This document shows, one piece after another, positions 21,612 to 32,506 of a stretch of 64,000 bases of DNA. The stretch covers positions 64,001-128,000 of the forward strand of contig CAVXZB010000088.1 in the NCBI GenBank assembly GCA_963765895.1, read 5' to 3'. Positions within the stretch are counted from its first letter, which is position 1. Each line of letters begins with the position of its first letter. The DNA is from an uncultured Nitrososphaeraceae archaeon (GTDB lineage: Archaea > Thermoproteota > Nitrososphaeria > Nitrososphaerales > Nitrososphaeraceae). Both the position numbers and the translations under genes were made by a program. The notes beneath the pieces were generated by a model that saw only the letters and a list, made by a program, of their open reading frames with translations, ran no database searches and was not told the origin of the DNA.

Positions 21612-21913
21612 ATCTTTTTACAGACGTTAACAAACTTGACCATAGTCTGGCGATAAACAAATTATTATTATTATCCTCCTTCTACACAAATATACGCGTT
21701 AATTGAATAGAAGCTAGAAAGATACATAACGTAGATAACTGCATAAAGTGCACATATTAATGAATGAAATTCCAGTATATAATGCAGAAAACCCCCAAGA
21801 GCTGCTAATCATCATGTTGAAACTGAATACTAAAATATTCAACTAGATCAAGTAGCAATTTCCGTTATGACGTGAAGACTTTTATATGAATAAATTGTAA
21901 TAAGAGATATCTT

Positions 21914-22366
21914 TTGTCGTCAAACATAATTAAACCTATAAAAGTTTCAGTTAAATCTAAAAGCGATCTGCTTGACCAGGCATATGATGCCATTTCAAAA
22001 AGTGGCGAAAGTGGCATTTTTCAGACAGAGCTATGTAAGGTTTTTTCACTGGATAGCAGAGATGGTTCTAGACTAGTTGGTAATTTAGAAAAGCAATCGC
22101 TTATTTCTCGTGAAAAAATTCTTTATAAAGGTAGATGGACATACAAGCTGGTTTTAAGGAAATCCACAGCTTCTATAGATTCTGTTAAAAAACCCATAGA
22201 GGTAACCTGCGTAGAGGGAGCTCCTTGTTTTAGTTGTACATATCAACATTTGTGTTCTTCAGACGATGATACAAGTCAGTACAGTCCGGCAAGATGTACT
22301 TGGATAGAGGAGTGGGTTTTGGCAAGTTTTGGTCGTGCCATTAATACTCAAAATTCAGAAATCTAG
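21914..22366 (+). CDS. TFE beta / RPC34-like protein (wHTH + 4Fe-4S domain)
   Basis: GIFQTEL...SRDGSRL..LEK..LISREK...GRWTYKL; PCFSC-x5-C...SPARC..IEEW. Confidence 0.8.
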   Translation: MSSNIIKPIKVSVKSKSDLLDQAYDAISKSGESGIFQTELCKVFSLDSRDGSRLVGNLEKQSLISREKILYKGRWTYKLVLRKSTASIDSVKKPIEVTCVEGAPCFSCTYQHLCSSDDDTSQYSPARCTWIEEWVLASFGRAINTQNSEI

Positions 22367-22633
22367 ATCTCTCGACACAATAATATTTTTTTAGAACTTG
22401 CATGTAGTCGTACATTTAATGCTGCTGCAGTTTGATCTTTTTGTGCACTGGTTTTGTGAGACATACACGCAATATCATAGGCATATTAACTACTGTTTGC
22501 ATACATAATATTCTTACTTATTCTGTCCAGTCCTAATTCTATTCTTGGAAGAGTAAACATAATAGGCAGGATTATCTCAGGAATTAAAATGAAGTGTAAA
22601 TCTCGCCACAGCAAAGCCGGAGTCAATATCTTG

Positions 22634-23149
22634 TTAAATTTGATTAGTAAATGATTTTGTTGCTGAGCTGAATCCAGAATCTATATCAGCTTCTCCCACT
22701 ACTTTCCACGTTATCCTTTTAACTGTAGACTGATTTGCAATTTGCTTTACTATTTCAGCAGTGGAATTCGAAGGCGTAATGGTAAATTGAGACTGTAATT
22801 GAGCGTCTGTATTGGAAAGGAGCTGCGGCCTTCCATTAACCGGAACGTCCTCGTACGATAAAAGTCCATCACCTAACGGTTGACCGTTTGCGAACAATTG
22901 ATATTCAATCTTTGAAGTAGTCAGTGATTTATCAGTAGGATTATGCACACCAAAAATTAGATTCAACTGAACTATTTGTGGATTAACTGCAGTAGCATTT
23001 TTCACAACCTCGACTTTTTCCAATCTTACCGCAATATCATTTACATTTGTTGGCAAGGTAATGGTTAAAATTAATGGGAGAAAAACTATCGTCGCTACTA
23101 CGGCAGCTACTACGCCAATAAGTATAATCCTACGTTTACTGAATAGCAT
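22634..23149 (-). CDS. LEA_2/WHy-like membrane-anchored protein
   Basis: N-terminal TM; FGVHNP...IEYQLFANGQPLGDG. Confidence 0.75.
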   Translation of the reverse strand: MLFSKRRIILIGVVAAVVATIVFLPLILTITLPTNVNDIAVRLEKVEVVKNATAVNPQIVQLNLIFGVHNPTDKSLTTSKIEYQLFANGQPLGDGLLSYEDVPVNGRPQLLSNTDAQLQSQFTITPSNSTAEIVKQIANQSTVKRITWKVVGEADIDSGFSSATKSFTNQI

Positions 23150-23239
23150 ATGTCAATATAGCTAGTGAATAAAAGTGAATTAAAAGCTTTCTTCTGACAG
23201 TATAGATAATATTATCATTGTATACCAAATATTCTTTAA

Positions 23240-23743
23240 ATGCCACTCATAGATGTCTTTATTATTTGGTTGCATTTGATTTGCGCCTCAATATGGGTCG
23301 GTGGCTCCATTTTCCTTGGTTTAATCCTTGCGCCAATGCTTGGTTCAATTACAAAGAGTATGGAAGAGCGCCTTTCAATCATGATTAGAGTCGGAAGGAG
23401 ATTCAACATGGTTGCGCTACCTTCATTTCTAGTTTTGATCCTAACTGGATTATATAATTCACGTGCCTACTTAATTGACCCTAGTGCGCTAATTAGAACC
23501 GATTATGGTATCATTCTGTTAATCAAGATCGTAGTAGTAATCGGAGTACTCATTACTTACTTCATACATATCAGGCTTCTAAGTGATGAGGTTGAAAAGA
23601 AAATCAAGACTGAAAATGTTTATAGTTTATATGTTCAATCTATACGGTCCAGAATAATTGTCTTAGGTCGAATTACCGTGATAATGTCAGTTGTAGTGCT
23701 GCTACTTGCAGCCTTACTAAGAAGTGGGGGACAGATAATTTGA
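23240..23743 (+). CDS. copD: CopD-family copper resistance membrane protein
   Basis: WLHLICASIWVGGSIF, GRRF, LILTGLYN, YGIILLIK. Confidence 0.85.
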   Translation: MPLIDVFIIWLHLICASIWVGGSIFLGLILAPMLGSITKSMEERLSIMIRVGRRFNMVALPSFLVLILTGLYNSRAYLIDPSALIRTDYGIILLIKIVVVIGVLITYFIHIRLLSDEVEKKIKTENVYSLYVQSIRSRIIVLGRITVIMSVVVLLLAALLRSGGQII

Positions 23744-24519
23744 AAAAATATCTGTAAATTACTAGGTCAGAGATAACTATGATACCATAGAGGCATATAT
23801 TACATTAGTTTAATATATTAGCAAGAATTAATATACTCTCTAAGATACGTCTTAACAGTAACAAATGAGACAGGAATCATCGAGTAATGTGAATAGAGTC
23901 AAAATTAATCGAATGACTAATTAATACTTCTATGACAGGCCAACTTAACGTAGATGATAGATTATAATAAAAAAGCTCGGCTGATCGATGATTTTACTAC
24001 TAATAACTAAGCTTGACTATCCTATCTTGCAATAGTTGTCTAATGACTATTCCTATCGGTACAAAATGCCACACACTAGAACGAATATAACACATGTACA
24101 TCTGGCTTCACAAATGTATTTACCTTCTCTCATTAATTAGAAGCCGTCAACGAATCTCCAAAGAAATGAGTTAAAGCTACCAAATTCATTTTGTACTTTT
24201 ATGAAGGTGTTGGCATTTTTTACAACCCACCGAACCTTTAATTCTTATTACAGAAGAATAGGTGAAAAGTTTCTTCATTATATTGCACGATTTTTTGAAC
24301 GTCAAAATTGTAAACTCTTCCTGTAAGCTTTTCTTTTCTTTAGAATAGTTGACCGACTTAGGCCTACTTGAGCTGACTGGAGTAACAAGAATTCAGACAG
24401 ATTATTGTCATCATGAACCAGAATGGCCCATTCATTATCGTGATACTCAACGTCAATTAGGCTATTTGTCTTGGGCCCACTTTACATCGAACTTTCATTG
24501 TATATGAAGTACTAGATAA

Positions 24520-25463
24520 GACTCTGTAGAAACCATGTTTTGAATAGCGTTAGAGCTATGTAGGAGAATAATCCAGTATGGATATTGAAAGAATCAAGGT
24601 ATGTTAGGTTAGCAAATAGTATGTATCGTGTTTTGAGAAACTCAAGGATACCTTTGTTTCTTCACAGAAAGAGCAACCATGTCTTCACAATGTGGCAGCA
24701 TCTGATATTACCAGCAATAAGAGGGTAAGAGTTATAGGATGTTTACAGAATGGCTTGTTGAAGCCTATTACCTTAGATTATTTTTAGGATTATCACGTAT
24801 TCCTCATTTCACAACATTGCAAAAGTGTACAGACAGAATCAATAATTCATTGCTCGAAAGGATAATTTCATCATTCATTGTGATTAGCGGTACCGAGCGT
24901 ATCTTTGTAGGAATAGATTCGACTGGATTTAAGATTACTTATGCATTACAGTACCATACTGATCAAACTGGATTAAGAAGAGAAAAAAAATATGCGAAAT
25001 TATCTATTGGAGCTGACGTACTACAACAGATTATCTGTAACATAAGGATAAGACGAGCTCCTACAAGACATGATAATATAGATTTCAGGCCAATCATAAC
25101 AAGGACATCAAATATCCTTCCATTATCTGTAATTACAGCTGATAAGGGTTACGATAGTGAAGATAATCACCTTTTAGTAAGAGTTTACTATATTCAGCAT
25201 AATCCCAGCTCGATACAAATATGTACCAATATGGAGAACACATGCTATGTATAGAAAGCAGATGAAACGTGGTTATTCCAAGGTGCTGTATAATCAATGA
25301 AACAAGGACGAAACTATAATGTCAATCATAAAACGACTATTTGTAGAGCATATTATCTCTAGATTAACTAGAACACAAAACAGGGCATTATCATTCAGAT
25401 GCATAACTTATAATATGCATAGACTGACTAATCTTGTAATATTGATGATGTTTCTACAAAGCC
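24520..25463 (+). mobile_element. Decayed IS5-family element (copy 2), about 944 bp
   Basis: Terminal IRs GACTCTGTAGAAAC / GTTTCTACAAAGCC; DDE motifs IDSTG, ADKGYDSE and Y-N-Q-*-N-K-D-E...K; frameshifts and stops. Confidence 0.92.
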
Positions 25464-25854
25464 GATTATTAATTATCTAGATATAAGCGATTAACCTAAT
25501 CATATCTTATTTTTATTTCAGCCATATTTTGGATCTGAATTATAGAGAACAGAACTTTTGGATCAAACCATTATAATAGGTCTTTTGTCATCTGCAGATA
25601 AATCCTGATTTTTTATAATCCGGCTAATTGGCATAGATGATGATGTTTACTCTACTCTGGAAATTGGCTAAATGTCAGATCAAGTCTTGTCAATAGCAGA
25701 TTTACACAACAATTTTCTAGAATAATCCTGTCTAGTCTAACCTTAAGCTAGGGCTTTTAGTTTTACTGCTTTAAGAATATGTTATATCTTAATTCGACTT
25801 GAATCAACTTGATTGTATCGTCTGTAGTGCAAACGCTTGCCTCTTTTGAGGTAT

Positions 25855-26019
25855 TTATTTCTGGTATTTGATTTCCTCTATTTGATATGAATCATCAAGT
25901 TGTTTGTATACGAATATATTGCAGACCCTGCACTGGTATTGCTTAACTGGACGATCATGACAAATAGATCCATTTAACCACACCATAAGTGAGCCACATA
26001 GAGGACAGTTCATCGTCAT
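25855..26019 (-). CDS. 54-aa zinc-ribbon microprotein (not in ORF track)
   Basis: Hand translation MTMNCPLCGSLMVWLNGSICHDRPVKQYQCRVCNIFVYKQLDDSYQIEEIKYQK; CPxCG...CxxC. Confidence 0.7.
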   Translation of the reverse strand: MTMNCPLCGSLMVWLNGSICHDRPVKQYQCRVCNIFVYKQLDDSYQIEEIKYQK

Positions 26020-26264
26020 CTAGAAAATAGTGTAACAGATAGCATGTATTAATATTTCGTTAATGTTCTTGAAAGAGTGCCGAAATATAAATTTCGACCT
26101 CACGATCCCGATCGATAATTGAATAGCACACACACTCAGATTTTATTATTACGAAAATCAATAAACCCTAATTTCGATTTCTGCCAGGAAGAACAAATAG
26201 AATTAGGATACACCGTTATTATAATGACTAAATTATTATTTTGCTGATGTCAATTGACTCTTCA

Positions 26265-26588
26265 CTAAACCGGTAGGGAGAGTTTGCCAAAGTATTCTTC
26301 TAATTTTTTCTCATTTTTGATCCTGGAAATAATTCTATTCATATCTGGCTCTGTAAACCACTGAGAGATCGATTTTGCAATTCCGTTTTTGTCACAAATT
26401 GCTATTAGGTATCCATTTGTTTCCTTTTTGACAGCAATTAAGTTCTCGTCGCCTACAGGCTCCCATATGTTATCCCTATTATCCTTCAAGGCTAACGCAG
26501 GTAAGGCATGTCCGGCGAATGTGTTCAAGATTTCTTGGGCTGCTCTGACGCGTTTTTCACCCATTTTTAGTGCAGTGAAATATTGCAT
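26265..26588 (-). CDS. Hypothetical protein, probably co-transcribed with the HD gene
   Basis: 107-aa ORF starting 11 nt downstream of the HD gene; protein-like composition. Confidence 0.8.
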   Translation of the reverse strand: MQYFTALKMGEKRVRAAQEILNTFAGHALPALALKDNRDNIWEPVGDENLIAVKKETNGYLIAICDKNGIAKSISQWFTEPDMNRIISRIKNEKKLEEYFGKLSLPV

Positions 26589-26599
26589 ATATATTCTAC

Positions 26600-27196
26600 C
26601 TAGGATGGTGATTTTAAAGTATTTAGGATATTCAGCATAATAGGAAAAATATTATTTGACTTGAAAGACTTCCTAGAGGTGTTTAAGAATTGAGAAAGTA
26701 AAGCTTTAGGATAGCTCCGCTCGTATTGCTTGGCTTGCAGCGCCAACTCTAACTTATCTATCATATGTACAAAATTCGCAGCCTGGCTTCTATTTTGCAC
26801 ATATTCCTGCCAAATCTTTTTGTATTTTAAGCGAATCGATCTCGGAATTGATTGCAAAATCAATTCCATGGCGTTCCTTTCTAATTCACGTTTTCGTTTC
26901 CTGCCTATCTCATTTGGAAGGTAGTCTCCGATTATCGATTCAGCCAAATCGTGTAGAATTGCCATCTTGAGAATCTTTTCTGTTTCTAAATCTAGCAGAT
27001 CAGATAATATCATGCTTACGAGGCACACAGAATATGAATGATCTGCTACCGATTCGGGATCACTAATTCCCACCTTGCTAACCCACCCAGCCCTCTTGAT
27101 AGACTTGAGTTTTAGACCATAGAGGAAAAGCTGATGCAGGTCGGAATATGTTAGTTTCATTACGTGGTTGCCTGAGTTTGATTGCGGAATAGGCAT
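26600..27196 (-). CDS. HD-domain phosphohydrolase (YfbR/HDDC2-like)
   Basis: LKSIKRAGW, ESVADHS, ILHDLAESIIGD, DKLE. Confidence 0.92.
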   Translation of the reverse strand: MPIPQSNSGNHVMKLTYSDLHQLFLYGLKLKSIKRAGWVSKVGISDPESVADHSYSVCLVSMILSDLLDLETEKILKMAILHDLAESIIGDYLPNEIGRKRKRELERNAMELILQSIPRSIRLKYKKIWQEYVQNRSQAANFVHMIDKLELALQAKQYERSYPKALLSQFLNTSRKSFKSNNIFPIMLNILNTLKSPS

Positions 27197-27332
27197 TGGA
27201 TATTAAGTTCAGATATATCAGTGTTCAGGATGATAAAGCGACTCTATCGTGAAAATCAGAAATGTTATGCCAACACAGCATTGCAAGCATATCAATATGT
27301 GGCTGTATTAATCATTAGTACAGAGTGCTCGA

Positions 27333-27920
27333 CTATTTAATCCCTTCCCATTTAATATCCGACAGTCCGGAGCGTCGGTTTACTACTCTGGCGAAAACAA
27401 ATAAGAGGTCGGACAGTCTATTTAGATAAGTAAGAATTGAAGGATTCACACTTTCCTTTTGTGAGAGGCTGACTACGGCAGTTTCAGACCTACGTGCAAC
27501 TGTCCTGTTCAAATGAAGTGAGGAACTTGCTAGGCTTCCCCCAGGTAGCAAAAAGAAAGTAATTTGAGGTAAATCTGCCTCATACTGATCAATAGTTGAC
27601 TCTAAGAAATATGTCATAGTCGCTTCTGTAAGCGACGTCTTGTTGACTACTTCTGTACTGGCTTCCCGAATATCATAAGACGGCTCTGCTAGATCCGCTC
27701 CGAGAATAAAAAGATCATTTTGAATTTTAGTTAAAATATTTATAATATCGGAAAAAATGTTATTCGAATTGTGCCTCAGTAGAGAAATGGTGAGTCCTAT
27801 GCCTGAATTTAATTCGTCTATAAAGCCATAAGCAATTATTCTCGGGTTACTCTTTAAAACTCTTTTTCCACCGATTAAGCCGGTTTCGCCCTTGTCACCG
27901 GACTTGGTATATATTTTCAT
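27333..27920 (-). CDS. pduO: ATP:cob(I)alamin adenosyltransferase, PduO type
   Basis: KIYTKSGDKGETGL, DELNS, LPGG, RTVARRSE, YLNRLSDLLF. Confidence 0.95.
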   Translation of the reverse strand: MKIYTKSGDKGETGLIGGKRVLKSNPRIIAYGFIDELNSGIGLTISLLRHNSNNIFSDIINILTKIQNDLFILGADLAEPSYDIREASTEVVNKTSLTEATMTYFLESTIDQYEADLPQITFFLLPGGSLASSSLHLNRTVARRSETAVVSLSQKESVNPSILTYLNRLSDLLFVFARVVNRRSGLSDIKWEGIK

Positions 27921-28016
27921 ACTTCGGCGTATCTAAATAATCAAATTTGTTTAACCCCTTTAAATTTATTGCTGCGAATTATTAATTTAATAGTCTGAAT
28001 AAGAACAAGTTATTAA

Positions 28017-28178
28017 TTAGTAAGAATGGATATCAGATTTGTGTTCTCGCAGATATTTCTTTTTCTTGAATCTCTCGTTGCATTTCTCACATTTAAACGG
28101 CTTTTCAAACTCGAGCAAAAAGCGCTCTTTCCTCTCTTCCGGACTCTCTATAATTTGATCAGATTTAAACTCAACCAT
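28017..28178 (-). CDS. C2H2 zinc-finger microprotein
   Basis: KPFKCEKCNERFKKKKYLREHKSDIH; likely start MVEFK. Confidence 0.8.
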   Translation of the reverse strand: MVEFKSDQIIESPEERKERFLLEFEKPFKCEKCNERFKKKKYLREHKSDIHSY

Positions 28179-28706
28179 ATTATTATAACCGATTCTGATA
28201 TGAAAATCTTTTTTTGGTTTATCAACCTTAAGGAACATAATTATCTTAGAATTATTATTTAGAATCGTCTGATGGAATTCTAACCTCTTCTTCTTGGATT
28301 ACTAAGTTAAATCCAGATCTGTATTTATCGACGGTCATAAGATAATAGATTGCTCCATTGTTAACAAACCTCTTGCGTAATAAATTCCGTAGTGTAAATA
28401 TCCTTTATCCTAAATTATGACATTTTATCATCTAGTTCTTTCAGTATTCATTAGTCCAGAGCAGATAAAATTCGTACGATATAATTGATTGCATAATATA
28501 ATATTGCTACGATCTAGGATAGAGGATAAGATTTGAGTTCCATCGAAAGTTGGTAAAATTGTCATATGAATCATATCACACTATTACTTGTTAAGTTGAT
28601 CGCGATCTTTTACGACGCGTGGGGTCATCTTCATAATATTCAGTTGTTTTGGCTATCGTTAAGTTGATGCTACTGTTAAGAATATCTAAATTTCCAAGTA
28701 TATATA

Positions 28707-29372
28707 GTGGCTAATCCTACCTTGCATGAGATGTTAGGCAGTAGAGATGTAAAAAAAATGATATACAAGGAATTTGAAAGTGCCTACGATAACCAGATCA
28801 AATACCCTGACAAATTGAATCCAGATAAAATACATGCTAGCGAAGCTTCGCGTTGTACACGCTTGGCGTACTATGAACGAAAAAATCCTCTGCCTCCAGA
28901 TTCTAACTCTACAATATCTGTTTTGATCAAGGACAGTATTAGAAGACTTTTTAGTAATATTAACTCTGAATACAAAGTTGATGCCTTATCAATATTGGCC
29001 TCTGCCGATATGGTAGTGGATGGAGAATACGTAGTGAAATTCGAGCTGGTAAGCAAGCTACCCGCTACACCACATCCAAGGGATTTACTATATCTGAACG
29101 CATGTCTGTTTGCTTTTGATAAAACAGATGGAATTCTAATCTATACAGATATCAACGGTGATACTGTCGAATTTTCTCTTACAAGAAATAATAGAATGCT
29201 TCAAGAAATAGTCAGAAGAGCTAGGATTTTAAGTACGTTACTGAAAGAAGATAGAGTTCCGATAGTAGAGCCGTGCGAGCTTTGCCTTTCGTGCAAGTAT
29301 TATGAAAGATGCTATGCACAAGAAAGGAAGAACTCAAGTCTTGGTTTCCTTGGCTTGGGAAAAGCTGGATAA
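28707..29372 (+). CDS. Solo Cas4-like / PD-(D/E)xK-fold Fe-S protein with a degenerate active site
   Basis: IHASEASRC.R..YY and C-terminal CLSCKYYERC (4-Cys staple); no cas genes or CRISPR array nearby. Confidence 0.8.
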   Translation: MANPTLHEMLGSRDVKKMIYKEFESAYDNQIKYPDKLNPDKIHASEASRCTRLAYYERKNPLPPDSNSTISVLIKDSIRRLFSNINSEYKVDALSILASADMVVDGEYVVKFELVSKLPATPHPRDLLYLNACLFAFDKTDGILIYTDINGDTVEFSLTRNNRMLQEIVRRARILSTLLKEDRVPIVEPCELCLSCKYYERCYAQERKNSSLGFLGLGKAG

Positions 29373-29856
29373 TTATGCCTATCTACTAAAAAAAAATTTT
29401 CTCATGTTTCGTATCAATAGATTTATTTTAGAAATGTAACGTGGATTCAAGTGGACTATCCATGATTCTAGTTTAATTAATTTCTTGAAAACAAGATGTT
29501 TAGTCAACATGGATCAACCTAGTAATCTCTTAATAGTTTCGTCAACAAATAAAATCCTAGGATGTGTTTATCTTAGCTAGACATTTATGTACTCCACTGA
29601 CGAGATATCATCGCCTAATAGAAGTAGCAAGTTTATAGGAGACTAGTTAGGAGAAGGCGTAATAATGAAAGAGTGGTTAAAGTAGACACTTTTTCAAGGA
29701 CTTAACGAAATTATTGTCGCTTAGAGGTCAATATACTAGCGGTTGTATCGATATAAATATTTGCTAATTATTCCTCATTTAATAGTGTAAAAAATGAAAA
29801 GTTAGTTGAATCAGAATTTATAACTAATAAATGGTTATTATGCAAAGAACTTCTGT

Positions 29857-31131
29857 ATGGTCGCCATTGAAATTGGCCAAATAGTTCAGGACTTCGCTGT
29901 CATTATGATCGTATCCTCAGTCATGGCTCTATTATCGTACAAACTTAGACAGCCTATGGTAATAGGATATATTTTAGCCGGAATGATTATTGGTCCCTAT
30001 ACCCCGCCGTTTAGCCTAATTATAAATATAGATGTTTTGAACTTGTTCGCTGAAATTGGTATTATTCTTCTACTATTTGTGGTGGGAATGGAATTTCCCA
30101 TAGACAAACTCAGAAAGATTGGTAAGAAGGCTTTTGTAATTGCGCTATCTGAAGCGTTAGGGACATTCGCTATTGGACTTGTCGTTGGAACACAAGTATT
30201 GCATTATTCAATTTCGAATAGCCTCTTCCTGGCCCTAGCAATTTCGGTTACGAGCACTGTCATAGTTATGAGAATTTTAGAAGAAATGGATATGGTAAAA
30301 GAGCAAGCATCCACTCTGATATTAGGAGTAGCAGTTATTGAGGACATTATAATAATATCTATTCTGGCAATTCTGCAATCTATAACCTCTACAGAGGCAG
30401 GTCAGGTATCTATAGGAGAATTAGTAATTTCTATACTATCGGTATTGGCATTCATTGGAGGTATATTATACATTGGATCAAGAGTAGTACCAAGGCTTGT
30501 TAATTACATAGGAAGCACAAATCAACCTGACTTACTTATAGTAGCAGTTCTAGGAGTAGCATTTGGTTTATCTTTTGTAGCATTCGAGATTGGAATATCT
30601 GTTGCAACTGGAGCGTTCTTTGCAGGCGTGTTGATAGCAGAATCCAAGGTACATTCAGTTACGAAAGTTCTCGCTACACCGATTCGAGATATGTTTGCTG
30701 CTTTATTTTTCGTTTCGGTTGGTGCGCTAATGGATATTCGACTTCTGCCTATATTCATAATTCCTGCTATTGTATTGGTGTTGATATCCTTGGTAGCAAA
30801 ATTTCTCACTGTCTTTATTTCGGCAAGGGCACAAGGATTCAGTACGTTGACTGCATTGAGGACTGGCTTTGGGTTGTCATCCTCTGGAGGTGAGTTGGCG
30901 CTAGTCGTTGCCAAGGGAGGAACAGATATTGGTGTTACAAGCTCATTTATTCTTCCAATGGTTGGAGCGATGACAGTAATTACTACATTTATTACGCCGT
31001 ATATGATAAAGTTTGGATGGAGGTTTTCGGAAATAATAGCATCTAAATCGCCGACCTTACTATCTCAATATCTTGATATACAAAAAAGATTATCAAAATT
31101 TAGAATTTTTAAGAAAGATAATAGAAAATAA
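29857..31131 (+). CDS. CPA2-family cation/proton antiporter
   Basis: GYILAGMIIGP, LLFVVGMEF, STVIVMR, VIEDI, FFVSVG, GELALV; many TM helices. Confidence 0.92.
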   Translation: MVAIEIGQIVQDFAVIMIVSSVMALLSYKLRQPMVIGYILAGMIIGPYTPPFSLIINIDVLNLFAEIGIILLLFVVGMEFPIDKLRKIGKKAFVIALSEALGTFAIGLVVGTQVLHYSISNSLFLALAISVTSTVIVMRILEEMDMVKEQASTLILGVAVIEDIIIISILAILQSITSTEAGQVSIGELVISILSVLAFIGGILYIGSRVVPRLVNYIGSTNQPDLLIVAVLGVAFGLSFVAFEIGISVATGAFFAGVLIAESKVHSVTKVLATPIRDMFAALFFVSVGALMDIRLLPIFIIPAIVLVLISLVAKFLTVFISARAQGFSTLTALRTGFGLSSSGGELALVVAKGGTDIGVTSSFILPMVGAMTVITTFITPYMIKFGWRFSEIIASKSPTLLSQYLDIQKRLSKFRIFKKDNRK

Positions 31132-31712
31132 AGACTTTGCTGACACGTAGACACTATTTCGGCTATATGTTAACCTCTTTGACTCTTAATGAATCAATTA
31201 GGAGTTAATACGTTTGGCTGATTCCAAGTTTAGTCTAATATAAATATTAATGCTAACCAGAGCATTCTGGATCTTATATGGCACACGCTATGGATAGAGC
31301 ATAGTTAGATTGATATGCGGCACGAGTATTTTATTATAAGACGGTCACCCAGCAATCGGTAATTTTTAATATTATGCACTTCGGTCAATCTGTATTGGTG
31401 TATTAGGTACAACTAACCCATGGCTTTAGAGAACAGTACAAGTAGCAATATAATCAGACTGGAAGAGTGCTGAATCTTCCTGTATTAAATTCAATAATAT
31501 CACCGAGGTCTATTAAACAGAATATAGAATGAAACTATTATATACTTATCAATGAGATTAATTTAGTAAATATCAGATGATATATTGCCGTATAATACGG
31601 AATCGCTTTACAGCTAATGAGAAACTTTTGATTAAATTACATTTTTTTCTTTTCTCAAAAATTAGCTATGTCTGCTATTTTAATCACCGGTCGCATTTAT
31701 AGAAGCTGTTGT

Positions 31713-31844
31713 ATGATGTCGAATAACAATATAAAACGATGTTTGATATGTGGCTGTACTGAACACAAGTTATTCGGATGCTTTACGCACTGGCGTGATC
31801 ACAGTAAGAGTGGAGGCAAATGTAAAGTGAAGACTGATGAATAA
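31713..31844 (+). CDS. Possible Cys/His-rich microprotein, 43 aa (not in ORF track)
   Basis: MMSNNNIKRCLICGCTEHKLFGCFTHWRDHSKSGGKCKVKTDE; TTTATA shortly upstream. Confidence 0.4.
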   Translation: MMSNNNIKRCLICGCTEHKLFGCFTHWRDHSKSGGKCKVKTDE

Positions 31845-32506
31845 GAGTATAGATCAAGAGCAATTAATTGCCGTCGTCACAGTGAAATTTTAGAAAATCG
31901 GAAGCTTGCCGCCCTATTGTGAGGAGGTGACATAATGATTCTACAATCTGATCTTTGTGTAGTTTCCCTCTAATTGGGCACAACATTGTTAAGATATTGT
32001 GAATTTGAAGCCATAATAGGAATCAAGTCCAAGCAAAGGTTAAGAAATCTCTACCGTTTTGCGGATGTCAGCCCGTACTTTAGTTTCTTCATTACAATAT
32101 TATTACATATTAACTATGAACCTTTATGCCGTGAATTGGGAACCGTATTATTCTGTATCAATCCTATTAGGTTTATTGTATAATCAGCCCAGTGCTGATT
32201 GGGATGGCCCGAACTTTGCGGTTCAATTTGGAGATAAATTGTAGTATTTCAATGATTAGATAGGAAGAAGTGTAGGATAGCGCAAGGATCATTTAAGAAT
32301 TTTTATTCTCCATCCTAAAATGGCTGATAAAGATAGTGTGATCTATAGGACTAGTAAGGATGTATGCAGCATGCTTTATTGAATTTTTGCCATCATTTCT
32401 ATGACCTCTATATCCCCAGTAAGACATTAGTGACATGCTTCAAGTCGTTTACAGCAACTAATATACATATGCCAGAAAGCTACGTGTTGTCTCTACAATG
32501 TTGACC

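Noticed and set aside
24349-24507. 52-codon TTG-start ORF next to the IS end
   Set aside because: No motif, ribosome-binding site or composition support
25298-25300. TGA read-through or selenocysteine recoding in the IS transposase, given a SelD-like gene nearby
   Set aside because: The position requires Arg rather than Cys/Sec, and both elements carry other stops and frameshifts
28707-29372. CRISPR-Cas locus
   Set aside because: No repeat-spacer array or other cas genes anywhere in the window
30522-30914. Antisense ORFs inside well-supported genes (also 17393..17791, 57105..57644, 63052..63396 and others)
   Set aside because: Shadow frames of real genes on the opposite strand
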